A stretch of DNA of 64,000 nt, from positions 194,297-258,296 of the forward strand of contig CBFIGY010000003.1 of NCBI GenBank assembly GCA_965662235.1, written 5' to 3'. The notes under the pieces were generated by a model. That model saw nothing but the letters and a program-made list of their open reading frames with translations. It had not been told where the DNA came from and searched no databases. This stretch comes from an uncultured bacterium. GTDB lineage: Bacteria > SAR324 > NAC60-12. The translations under genes were made by a program, and so were the position numbers. Shown here piece after piece: positions 49,924 through 59,042 of this stretch (its first letter is position 1; each line of letters opens with the position of its first letter).

Positions 49924-50384
49924 GACTCCTGTTGCTCGCGCTGATCTTTTTGGGAAGCGCCCTTTCTTCAGCCTGGGCCTGTCACCAGGGAGGTCCCATG
50001 GGATTTGCCTCCGACGACCCCGGGATGTTCAGCGTCGACCTTACCTTCTCCCCCACCTTCATGGCGGGAAGCACGTCTGGCACTTCCGGTTGCAAGCAGT
50101 GGCACTACACTCAGGAGCAGGAGCGGTTTCTTGAGACTCAGTGGGAACAGTTGGCGCAGGAACACGCCCAAGGTGGCGGACCCCACCTCGTTGCGCTTTC
50201 GCACCTGATGGGGTGTTCGGAGCCACGTTGGTCAACCGGGCTCCAGGAAATTTCGGAATTCTTTCTTACGGCTGAGGCCCCTGCGGATGCGGCCCAGCGC
50301 TTACAGCACCACACCCAACGCTGGGCCTGTGCTCAGCCCCCGACCCCTCAACCTCTTTCCCTCAGGAGTGCTCTTCATGAATGA
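49920..50384 (+). CDS. DUF3015-like exported Cys-containing protein (copy 2)
   Basis: ATGA-coupled; signal peptide, STSGTSGC, AQGGGPHLVALSHLMGC. Confidence 0.78.
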   Translation: MRLLLLALIFLGSALSSAWACHQGGPMGFASDDPGMFSVDLTFSPTFMAGSTSGTSGCKQWHYTQEQERFLETQWEQLAQEHAQGGGPHLVALSHLMGCSEPRWSTGLQEISEFFLTAEAPADAAQRLQHHTQRWACAQPPTPQPLSLRSALHE

Positions 50385-50469
50385 CTCAATGATGCGGCTG
50401 GTCGTCGCTGGAGCGGTGATACTGGTTTTCTTCTGGATCCTGAAACTGCTTGGCATTGAGTTGCTCTAA
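50377..50469 (+). CDS. 30-aa single-TM small protein
   Basis: AGGAG RBS at 50364; MNDSMMRLVVAGAVILVFFWILKLLGIELL; fills the gap to the convergent gene. Confidence 0.55.
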   Translation: MNDSMMRLVVAGAVILVFFWILKLLGIELL

Positions 50470-50478
50470 CAGCACTCA

Positions 50479-51312
50479 TCAGTTGAGCCGATGCGGTTGA
50501 CTCTGAAGCCAGTCCAGCAGCTTCTGAAAGGAAGGGGCTGTCACGTGCTCCGGCATCGCGTCCAGAAAACGCCCAATGTCCTCTGCTGCCTCTGAGAAGC
50601 ACTCCAGCCGATAGTAAAGGTACCCACGCTCGCGCCAATCCATCGGAGAATCCGGATAGAGCAGCAGCATCCGGTCCACGCAGAACAGGGCATTCTCGTA
50701 CTCGTTCCGACTCAAGCTGGATGACTTGAGGTTGTTCAGCATGCGCCGCAGCACCTCTCGGATGGAAGCCGGCCTCAGGTGTTCCGGCGTCAGCGTGGTT
50801 GCCATGCCGCGCATCTGCTTCAGCAGCCCTAGGATGTCGTTCAGCTCAAGCTTCTTCCCGGAAAACGGGTCAAACAGTGGCCCGCCCCAACCATTTGCGC
50901 GGACCAGGAAGTGTCCGGGAAAGTTAATGCCCACGGCCTCAAGCCCCAACCGGCGGGCGACTTCGGTAAAGACCAGGGCCAGGGTGATGGGAATGCCGGT
51001 CCGGCGCTCCAGCACTTGATCAATGCAGCTGTTCCGCACATCGTAGTAATCATGGGTGTCCCCTTGAAACTGCAAGGCACCGTATAGGTGTTCTGCCAGG
51101 CGCTCTGCCGACGGTTCCGTCTCAGACGGCTCCAGCACCTGAGGCGCCAACGCTTGGGCTAGCTCATCCAGCTGGGTCTGACAGTCCTGAAGGGACGCCG
51201 CTGGAGAGAATCCCTGGGCAATCAAAACCGCGCCCGGAAGCCACTCCAGCTCCGCATCCGGAAGGGCGGCCAGGGTGGCAAATTCGTCTCGATTCTCCCA
51301 AACGTTCATCAT
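50479..51312 (-). CDS. SirB1/YchA family protein (transglutaminase-like domain plus TPR)
   Basis: FQGDTHDYYD.RNS.IDQVLERRTGIPITL, GINFPGHFLVR, DPF, RMLNNLK, RERG TPR. Confidence 0.92.
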   Translation of the reverse strand: MMNVWENRDEFATLAALPDAELEWLPGAVLIAQGFSPAASLQDCQTQLDELAQALAPQVLEPSETEPSAERLAEHLYGALQFQGDTHDYYDVRNSCIDQVLERRTGIPITLALVFTEVARRLGLEAVGINFPGHFLVRANGWGGPLFDPFSGKKLELNDILGLLKQMRGMATTLTPEHLRPASIREVLRRMLNNLKSSSLSRNEYENALFCVDRMLLLYPDSPMDWRERGYLYYRLECFSEAAEDIGRFLDAMPEHVTAPSFQKLLDWLQSQPHRLN

Positions 51313-51385
51313 GTCACTCTCTCTCACTTGATCAATCTGGTGCCCGTCGTTTTTTCCTGAGACCGCACCCTTCGTCACATACTTC

Positions 51386-51868
51386 ATGCCCATTCGCACA
51401 CAGCTAGCAGACTACCACAACCCCGAGCAGGCGCGAGCGCTTATCAGCCTCCTCAATGCCTATGCCGAAGACCCAGCGGGAGGTGGCACCTCCCTTCCAG
51501 AAGAAACCCGGACTCGCTTAACAAGCGCCCTCGCCGAGTTTCCCGGGGCCTTCAGTGTGCTGGCCTACCACGAGGAAACTCCGGTCGGACTCGTTAACTG
51601 CTTCATGGGCTTCTCCACCTTTGCCGCGCAACCGCTGGTCAACATCCACGATGTCGTCGTTCTGAGCGCATTCCGTCAGCAGGGCATTGCTCAGCAGATG
51701 CTGACCCACGTTGAGCAGGTGGCTCGCGAGCGTGGATGCTGCAAGCTGACCCTAGAGGTGTTGGCCCACAACCAACCGGCACGAACCGCCTATGAGCACT
51801 TTGGCTTCCATGGCTACGAACTGGACCCGGAACTGGGAGGAGCCTTGTTTTTCCAGAAGAAGCTGTAA
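51386..51868 (+). CDS. GNAT family N-acetyltransferase
   Basis: NIHDVVV..AFRQQGIA, GCCKLTLEV...N..A...YEHFGF. Confidence 0.9.
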   Translation: MPIRTQLADYHNPEQARALISLLNAYAEDPAGGGTSLPEETRTRLTSALAEFPGAFSVLAYHEETPVGLVNCFMGFSTFAAQPLVNIHDVVVLSAFRQQGIAQQMLTHVEQVARERGCCKLTLEVLAHNQPARTAYEHFGFHGYELDPELGGALFFQKKL

Positions 51869-51874
51869 CCGACC

Positions 51875-53014
51875 ATGCGCATCCTCATTGGCAGCAACGT
51901 CCACTGGTGGAACGCCGAGGCCGCTTATGCTGCCACTGTCGCAGAAGCCCTTCAGGAAGCCGGACATGACGTTTGGGTGCTGACGCGTCCGGATTCCTTG
52001 AACGCCGAGCGCCTGCAGGCGCGGAACCTTCGCCTGGTCACCCACCTCAACCTGAACACCAACTCTCCTTGGGAACTGCTGCAGAGCTACCGGCAGCTGC
52101 TTCACTTTCTCAAGGAGCACCAGATTGAATTGGTCAATGCTCACCGCTCAGAGGGATTTCCGCTCTACGTCCTAGCCCGCAGGCGCCTGTCGTCCTTTCA
52201 CCTTGTGCGGACCCGAGGCACCACCCGGTCCGTCCGGGGGCATTGGCTGGACCAGAAGCTTCATTGCGAATGGACCGATGCCACCATTGCGGCCGGAGAG
52301 GTCGTGGCCGATCGGCTCCGGAGCGCTGTGCCCATTCCTCCAGAACGCCTACACGTCATCTACTACCCGGTTGCCCTGCCCGCGTGGCCGCTTTCTTTTC
52401 CGGAACGAGACTACCGCTACGAGTTCCGCATTCCCCCGGATCACCGTGTCTTGGCCATCGTGGGACGCATCCGTCAGGAGAAGGGCCACCGCCTGCTGCT
52501 GCAGGCCTTCCGGGAGGTCCTCCAAGAAATCCCCAAGCTGACCCTGCTCATTCTCTACCGGGACACAGAGCCACAGGAGCCGGAGATGGTGGCGGTCCAA
52601 TCAGAGGTCCGGCGCCTCCAGTTGGAAGACCACGTGCGTTTTGATGCTGAACGAGACGACATTTTGCAGCTGATGCACTTTGCCGACGCCGGGGTGGTCA
52701 GTTCGATTGACTCAGAAGTCATCTGCCGCGTCGCCGTGGAGTTCTTTTCGGTGGGCACTCCGGTGGCCGCAGTTCCCACGGGCTGCCTTCCAGAAATCAT
52801 CCGGGACGGTTATAACGGAACCCTCGCCTGGGGGCACACGCCTCAAGCGCTTGCCGAAGCTCTGGTCCGGCTGCTCCGAGATGAGCCCTACCGTCGGGAA
52901 CGGGGCCGGCTTGCCCGTCAGGACGCCGAAGAGCGATTCACCATTCCCCGGATGCTTCGTGAGACCCTGGACGTCTACCAGCAGGCCCTCGAGGCGCCTC
53001 TTCTTCAGCCCTGA
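51875..53014 (+). CDS. Glycosyltransferase family 4 protein
   Basis: VGRI..EKGH, E-x7-E motif SEVICRVAVE, GCLPEII..G.NG. Confidence 0.9.
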   Translation: MRILIGSNVHWWNAEAAYAATVAEALQEAGHDVWVLTRPDSLNAERLQARNLRLVTHLNLNTNSPWELLQSYRQLLHFLKEHQIELVNAHRSEGFPLYVLARRRLSSFHLVRTRGTTRSVRGHWLDQKLHCEWTDATIAAGEVVADRLRSAVPIPPERLHVIYYPVALPAWPLSFPERDYRYEFRIPPDHRVLAIVGRIRQEKGHRLLLQAFREVLQEIPKLTLLILYRDTEPQEPEMVAVQSEVRRLQLEDHVRFDAERDDILQLMHFADAGVVSSIDSEVICRVAVEFFSVGTPVAAVPTGCLPEIIRDGYNGTLAWGHTPQALAEALVRLLRDEPYRRERGRLARQDAEERFTIPRMLRETLDVYQQALEAPLLQP

Positions 53015-53058
53015 CCCACGCCCCCTGACGGCTTTCCGACTCCCTTCCGCCCTGGTTC

Positions 53059-54420
53059 ATGAACACCTTCCTTGCTCCTCGCTTTCCCTTTGACCCGGCC
53101 CGGGTTCCCTTTTTTTACGGCTGGTGGATCCTTTTTGCCACAACCGTAGGAATGATTGCCAGCATTCCGGGACAGACCATGGGCGTGGGGGTCTTCACCG
53201 AACACCTTCTGCAGGAATCCGGACTTGGGCGGCTGGAAATCAGCATGGCCTACATGACGGGGACCATTGCCAGCAGCCTGCTGATTCCACTGGGAGGACG
53301 CCTACTGGACCGGTGGGGTTCACGGTTGATGATGGTCTTTGCAGGACTTGGCCTGGCAACCGCGCTGTTTCTGCTCAGGCACACGGCCTCGCTCCTGACG
53401 TGGATGCAGGAGGCAGTGTCTGCGCTCCCGGCGACCTGGGTCAGCCTGGCCGTGCTTTCAGTGCTCTTCTTGCTGCTCCGGCAGTTTGGGCAGGGCCTGA
53501 TGACCATGGTCAGCCGTACCGTTCTCTCCAAGTGGTTCGACCGGCGGCGCGGGCTGGCAACGGGACTGAACGGCGTGCTGGTGTCCTTCGGATTTTCCTC
53601 GGCGCCCCTGCTGCTCAACACCCTCATCCAGCAACAAGGCCCCACGGAAACCCTCAGTCTGCTCGCCCTCGTGTGTGGACTCGGCATTGCCGTCTGGGGC
53701 TGGCTGTTCTTCCGGGATCAACCGGAAGACTGCGGGCTGCTGATGGACGGTGAATCTCGTGAGCAAGCGGCCTCGGCTCCCCGCTCCCGGAACACCGCCT
53801 CGGTGGAGGTTCCTCTGGAGGAGGTCCGCAAGAGTTACACCTTCTGGATCTTCACCCTCGGCATGGCGTCTTCGGCGTTGATTGTCACCGGATTCACCTT
53901 CCACATTGCCTCCATTGGTGAGCACGCCGGCCTGAGTCGGGCGGAAATCTATGCCGTGTTTGTGCCCATCTCGGTCATCAGTGTGGGCGCCCATTTTTTG
54001 TCCGGGTGGCTCAGCGACCGCATTCCTCTGAAGTACCTGCTGATGGTGCTGGTCGCCATGCTGGCGCTGGGCAGCTTGGGAATCCTACACCTAGAGACGC
54101 TGTGGGGACGGGTGCTGCTCATGGTCGGGTACGGCGTGCAGGGAGGAGTCTGGGGATGCCTGTCGGTGGTCGCTTGGCCACGTTTTTATGGACGCAAGCA
54201 CCTGGGAGCGATCTCCGGGCTCTTCATGGGAGTGGTGGTTTTTTCCAGTGCCATTGGCCCCGCGGTGTTTGGACTTTCTGACAAGCTGACGGGCAGTTAT
54301 GCCGGCTCAGCTTGGACTGCGGTGGGCCTTAACCTCCTCCTCTTTTTGGGCGCCTTCCGGACCCAGACGATGCTGAACCCCGCCGTTCCACCTGCAGAAC
54401 CTGAGCATCTTTCCTCTTGA
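53059..54420 (+). CDS. MFS transporter
   Basis: FFYGW, GRLLDRWGSR, WFDRRRGLA, GWLSDR, FYGRKHLGAISG. Confidence 0.9.
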   Translation: MNTFLAPRFPFDPARVPFFYGWWILFATTVGMIASIPGQTMGVGVFTEHLLQESGLGRLEISMAYMTGTIASSLLIPLGGRLLDRWGSRLMMVFAGLGLATALFLLRHTASLLTWMQEAVSALPATWVSLAVLSVLFLLLRQFGQGLMTMVSRTVLSKWFDRRRGLATGLNGVLVSFGFSSAPLLLNTLIQQQGPTETLSLLALVCGLGIAVWGWLFFRDQPEDCGLLMDGESREQAASAPRSRNTASVEVPLEEVRKSYTFWIFTLGMASSALIVTGFTFHIASIGEHAGLSRAEIYAVFVPISVISVGAHFLSGWLSDRIPLKYLLMVLVAMLALGSLGILHLETLWGRVLLMVGYGVQGGVWGCLSVVAWPRFYGRKHLGAISGLFMGVVVFSSAIGPAVFGLSDKLTGSYAGSAWTAVGLNLLLFLGAFRTQTMLNPAVPPAEPEHLSS

Positions 54421-54489
54421 GAAAACGGGGCAGCCTCCCTATTCTATCCAGTTTGGTTCAAGCACTTCCTCTTCCTCCAACAACCATCC

Positions 54490-56094
54490 ATGCAAACCAA
54501 ATTCATCTTCATCACTGGCGGTGTTGTGTCCGGACTGGGCAAAGGAATCACAGCGGCTTCCATCGGAGCCTTGCTGGAGGCACGCGGGCTCACGGTCAGT
54601 TTGATGAAGCTGGACCCGTACATCAACGTGGATGCCGGGACCATGAACCCTTTTCAGCATGGAGAGGTTTTTGTCACCCATGACGGGGCCGAAACGGACC
54701 TCGACATTGGGCACTACGAGCGCTACACAAACGCCTCCCTGACGCGCAAGCACAACCGAACCACTGGGCAGATCTACGACGCGATCCTCCGAAAGGAGCG
54801 TGCCGGTGAGTACCTAGGGGCCACGGTTCAGGTGGTGCCACACGTCATTGATGAGATCAAGCAAAGCATCCTCGAAGCTGCGCAGGGCACCGACATCTGC
54901 ATTGTGGAAATCGGTGGCACCGTCGGCGACATCGAGTCCCTCCCTTTCCTTGAGGCCATCCGCCAGTTCCGGCATGACCAGGGCCGGGACAATTCGCTGT
55001 TTGTCCACCTGACTCTGATTGTCCACACGACGGAGATGAAGACGAAGCCCACGCAGCACAGCGTTGGCAAGCTCCGGGAGATTGGCATTCAGCCAGAGAT
55101 CCTCATCTGCCGCACTGCCGAAGCGATTCCTGAGAAGCTGAAGGCGAAGATTGCCCTCTTCACCAATGTTGAAGAAGACGCCGTCTTTGATGGGCTGGAT
55201 GTGGATTCCGTGTATGAGGTCCCGCTCATGTTCCACCGTCAACAGCTTGATGACAAGGTGGTGGAGTACCTGCGGATGTGGACTCGACGTCCGAAGCTTC
55301 AGCCTTGGGTGGACGTGGTGGACACGTACAAGAACCCCAAAGCCGAGGTCAACCTGGCCTTTGTGGGAAAGTACGTCAACCAGCGAGACTCTTACGAAAG
55401 CCTCAACGAAGCACTGGTTCACGGCGGCTTGGCGAACCAATTGCAGGTCAACCTGCATTACGTCAACTCGGAAGAGTTGACCGAGCAGAACCTAGAGGAG
55501 CACCTGAGCGGCGTGGATGGCGTCTTGGTCGCTCCCGGATTTGGCGAACGCGGCATTGAGGGCAAGATTGCAGCTGTGCGTTTTGCACGTGAGCAGGGCA
55601 TCCCGTTTTTGGGCATCTGCTTGGGCATGCAGATGGCGATCATTGAGTTCGCCCGGAACGTTGCGCACCTGAAGGAGGCGCACACCGGGGAAATCCGCCC
55701 TGGGCATGCCGATAACGTCATTGACCTGATGCCTGAGCAAGAAGGCATGGAGGCCACAGGAGGTTCCATGCGCCTAGGGGCCTACCCAACCCAGTTGAAG
55801 GCCGGAAGCCTGTTGGCCCGAATTTACGGCGCCACTGAGATTGAGGAACGGCACCGTCATCGTTACGAAGTCATGGAGCGCTTTGTTCCCCAACTGGAAG
55901 CAGCAGGCCTCGTCATTGCCGGCCGGCACCCAGATCGTCACTTGGTGGAAGCCATTGAGCTTTCAGATCACCCTTGGTTCATCGGTTGTCAGTATCACCC
56001 CGAATTGCAATCCAAGCCGCTGAAGCCGCACCCGCTGTTCGCGTCCTTTGTTGCAGCCGCGCACGAATATCGGCTGGCTCACCCCCCAACCTGA
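54490..56094 (+). CDS. pyrG: CTP synthase
   Basis: ITGGVVSGLGKG, KLDPYINVD, EIGGTVGDIES, KTKPTQHSV, GICLGMQ, ERHRHRYEV, QYHPE. Confidence 0.98.
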   Translation: MQTKFIFITGGVVSGLGKGITAASIGALLEARGLTVSLMKLDPYINVDAGTMNPFQHGEVFVTHDGAETDLDIGHYERYTNASLTRKHNRTTGQIYDAILRKERAGEYLGATVQVVPHVIDEIKQSILEAAQGTDICIVEIGGTVGDIESLPFLEAIRQFRHDQGRDNSLFVHLTLIVHTTEMKTKPTQHSVGKLREIGIQPEILICRTAEAIPEKLKAKIALFTNVEEDAVFDGLDVDSVYEVPLMFHRQQLDDKVVEYLRMWTRRPKLQPWVDVVDTYKNPKAEVNLAFVGKYVNQRDSYESLNEALVHGGLANQLQVNLHYVNSEELTEQNLEEHLSGVDGVLVAPGFGERGIEGKIAAVRFAREQGIPFLGICLGMQMAIIEFARNVAHLKEAHTGEIRPGHADNVIDLMPEQEGMEATGGSMRLGAYPTQLKAGSLLARIYGATEIEERHRHRYEVMERFVPQLEAAGLVIAGRHPDRHLVEAIELSDHPWFIGCQYHPELQSKPLKPHPLFASFVAAAHEYRLAHPPT

Positions 56095-56102
56095 CCCTGC
56101 TG

Positions 56103-57248
56103 ATGGTACGGTTCCTTCTCGTCGTGCTCCTCTTCAGTGCCTCCGTCCTGCACGCCCAGCAACGGGTGGCCGTGGAGACCTTCCAGATCAGTGACAGCAC
56201 GCTCAGCCACCTCCAGCGAGAAGGCCTGCCGGACTCCCTGCTCGGCAACCTGGCCACGCTGGTGGGTCAGGAATTTGGGTCCCGGGAAGTCTTCACTCAG
56301 GTGCTCCGCGAGCTGCCCCTTCCTCCAGAAGAGCCCGAGGAGCTGGACCTGATTTTGTCCTACGCGGGACAGGAGCGTCTCAAGATTGAAGCCGAGGAGT
56401 TCCTCAGCAACCTTTCTGAGGGCGAGGCCATCTTCCGTGGAAACGTCCGGGGCCGGGTCGCCCGGGAGAACCTCGACTTCCACATGGCCAAGCTCCGGGT
56501 CCTCCGACAGGCGGGTTCCAAGTTAGAACGCCTCATTGGCGAAGGAGGCGTGGAGTTCAAGCAGTGGGAACGGCTGGCCCGCATGGACTACGTGACCTAT
56601 GAACGCGGCCTCACTCCCGGAAGCACCTCGGAGGGCCGAAAGTTCCGCATGGAAGGCAACGTCCTCATTGAAGCCGAACAGGGCAGCCTCAGCGCCCACC
56701 TGATTGATGCCGACTTGGCCAATCAGCTGGTGGTCCTTGAGGGCCAGAACTCTGCTCAGGGACGCCTCCGGCTTGAAGTCCGGACCGATCTGCTGGAAAC
56801 CGTGCCACGGCTCCAGGCGCCGGAAGAGCCTCACACGATTGTGCTCCAGGCCTACCGAGCAGAGCTGAATGGGCAGGAGCGCCGGGCCATTTTCGAGGGA
56901 GACGTTGAGATGGAGCGGCAGCCCGAAGGCGTATACGTCCGGGGAGGACGCATTGAGATCCGTTTCAATGAGCGCCAGCAGATCAATTCTGCTCGAGTCG
57001 AGCGGGGGGTGTGCATTGAGCAACCCGGACGCCTGGCCCGGGCCGATCAGGCTTACTTCAATGACATTGCCCAAACCATCCGCCTTGAGGGAACCGCTGA
57101 AGTGTACTCCGGGAACTACATCCTCAAGGGCAATTCCATTACGCTGTTTCTGGATGTGAACCGAGGCGTGGCTCAAGGAGACGAAGTTGCGCCCATCGAA
57201 GTGACCATTGCGATGGACAACCAACCTCAACCCTTCCAGTGTCGATGA
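56103..57248 (+). CDS. Long LptA/OstA-like periplasmic protein (two beta-jellyroll-like segments)
   Basis: Signal peptide; repeated OstA-like motifs (AIFRGNV...EGGVEFKQ...MEGNV and AIFEGDV...GVCIEQ..R.ARADQAYF....IRLEG.AEV......KGNSITL). Confidence 0.7.
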   Translation: MVRFLLVVLLFSASVLHAQQRVAVETFQISDSTLSHLQREGLPDSLLGNLATLVGQEFGSREVFTQVLRELPLPPEEPEELDLILSYAGQERLKIEAEEFLSNLSEGEAIFRGNVRGRVARENLDFHMAKLRVLRQAGSKLERLIGEGGVEFKQWERLARMDYVTYERGLTPGSTSEGRKFRMEGNVLIEAEQGSLSAHLIDADLANQLVVLEGQNSAQGRLRLEVRTDLLETVPRLQAPEEPHTIVLQAYRAELNGQERRAIFEGDVEMERQPEGVYVRGGRIEIRFNERQQINSARVERGVCIEQPGRLARADQAYFNDIAQTIRLEGTAEVYSGNYILKGNSITLFLDVNRGVAQGDEVAPIEVTIAMDNQPQPFQCR

Positions 57249-57712
57249 AAGTTTCTTCTCAAAATCCCAATGCGGCAGACGCCAAGAAGGCGCCCAACCC
57301 TCGTCCTAAAATTGCGCTGGATGCTGCTTTCAAAAAGGAGCGGTCCGGTATTTTAATCTACACCGAACGTCCCGGAGACGGCCCCCGCATTGAAGAGGGT
57401 GCACAGGTCAAGGTGCACTATGAAGGCTGGCTGGCCAAGGACTACACGATGTTTGACAGCAGCCGCAAGAAGCGGAAGCCCTTTGAGTTTGAGTTCGGCA
57501 AAGGAGAAGTCATCCGTGGCTGGGAAGAGGCCCTGAAGGACGTTCGCGAGGGCACCAAGCTCCAAGTGAAGATTCCGGCGTCTCTTGCCTACGGACGCGA
57601 GGGCGTTCCGCAGTTGGGCATTCCTCCGCAATCGGACCTGATCTTCAAGGTGGAGATCATCAAGGTGGAAACCCCCACCCCTCCTGACCAACCCCGCAAG
57701 CGCGTGGCCTGA
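57245..57712 (+). CDS. FKBP-type peptidyl-prolyl isomerase
   Basis: VKVHYEGWL, FDSS, PFEF..G.GEVIRGWEE, IPASLAYG, IPPQSDLIFKVE. Confidence 0.93.
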   Translation: MKVSSQNPNAADAKKAPNPRPKIALDAAFKKERSGILIYTERPGDGPRIEEGAQVKVHYEGWLAKDYTMFDSSRKKRKPFEFEFGKGEVIRGWEEALKDVREGTKLQVKIPASLAYGREGVPQLGIPPQSDLIFKVEIIKVETPTPPDQPRKRVA

Positions 57713-57719
57713 GAGACTT

Positions 57720-59039
57720 ATGGAACAAGCGCCCCTGATCTGCATTGTTGACGATGAACCCGGCATCCGCGAGACCCTGACGGGGGTGCTTGAGGATGAA
57801 GGCTATCGTGCACAGGCCTTTGCAGACGCAACCCGCTTTCTGGAAGCCCTCCCTTCACTTGAGCCGGCACTGATCCTGCTCGACATTTGGCTTCCGGGCA
57901 TGGACGGAATGGCGGTGCTGGCCCGTCTCCGTGAGCAGCGTCCGCACCTGCCTGTCATCATGATGAGCGGGCACGCTGGCATTGAAGCGGCGGTGAACTC
58001 CATCAAACTCGGTGCCTCTGACTTTCTGGAGAAGCCGCTGCACCTCGAAGTTCTCCTCGACAAGGTGGCTGGACTGGCGCACCGAAAGCGTCGGGTGGAA
58101 CAAACCCTGCCTTCGGACACGCGCCTTGAGATCGCCCGCTACGAAGACGATGTGCCTTCCGGAGCGGCAAAATTGGTGGAAGGGGAGCAGCCGCAGCGGA
58201 CGCTCAAGAGCAACGTCGTCCTCAATGGCACCGGACTGCTCAGTGGCCGGAACACCGGCATCATCCTCAGCCCGCTCGATGAAGGATCCGGAATCATCTT
58301 TCAGGCTCTGGATGGCACCACCATTCCCGGAACGATTACCTCGCTGGAAGGCTTCGCACAGGCCACGGCGTCTCAAACCTTCACGGCTAACTCGACCGTC
58401 CTCACCAGCGGAAGTCGCCGCATCCGGACCGTCGAGCACCTGCTGGCTGCTGTCGGCATGGCGGGCCTGACCAATGTCCTCATCAAAGCCGATGAGGAGA
58501 TTCCGAACATTGATGGCTCCGCAGCCGATTTCACCCGGATGATCCGGGAAACCGGCGTCCAGGAGCAGTCTGCTCGTCGACAGGAAGTCCGAATCCAGAA
58601 ACGCATCCAGGTGGGTCCAGAAGACCTTGCTCAGAAGTTCCTCTACGTGGAGCCTTATGACGGCTTTGAGGTGCAGATGCGGGTCGACTATCCGGCGCCG
58701 ATTCTGGAGCAGCAGTTTACCTTCAATGAGGCTCAGCACTCCTTTGAAGACGAAGTGGCGCCGGCTCGGTCCTTCAATACGTTTGAAAACATCGACATGG
58801 CCCAGAAGTTGGGAAAGGTCGGGAGCGGCTACCTCAACTCACACATCATCCTTCACGAGGGGAAGGTCATCAACACGACCCTCCACTTTCCGGATGAATT
58901 TGTCCGCCACAAGGTGCTGGACCTGATTGGCGACCTTTACCTCATCGGTTACCCACTGCAGGGTCGAGTGGTCGCCAACATGACCTCTCACGGCTACAAC
59001 CAGGCCCTGGCCCAAAAAATCCACCACGCCCTCAACTAG
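57720..59039 (+). CDS. lpxC: Response-regulator receiver domain fused to UDP-3-O-acyl-GlcNAc deacetylase (REC-LpxC)
   Basis: aa ~4-120 REC (IVDDE, LDIWLPGMDG, MSGH, FLEKP); aa ~159-439 LpxC (QRTL...GTGLLSG, TVEHLLAA, EIPNIDGSA, APARSF, DEFVRHKVLDLIGDL, TSH..N). Confidence 0.9.
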   Translation: MEQAPLICIVDDEPGIRETLTGVLEDEGYRAQAFADATRFLEALPSLEPALILLDIWLPGMDGMAVLARLREQRPHLPVIMMSGHAGIEAAVNSIKLGASDFLEKPLHLEVLLDKVAGLAHRKRRVEQTLPSDTRLEIARYEDDVPSGAAKLVEGEQPQRTLKSNVVLNGTGLLSGRNTGIILSPLDEGSGIIFQALDGTTIPGTITSLEGFAQATASQTFTANSTVLTSGSRRIRTVEHLLAAVGMAGLTNVLIKADEEIPNIDGSAADFTRMIRETGVQEQSARRQEVRIQKRIQVGPEDLAQKFLYVEPYDGFEVQMRVDYPAPILEQQFTFNEAQHSFEDEVAPARSFNTFENIDMAQKLGKVGSGYLNSHIILHEGKVINTTLHFPDEFVRHKVLDLIGDLYLIGYPLQGRVVANMTSHGYNQALAQKIHHALN

Positions 59040-59042
59040 ACC

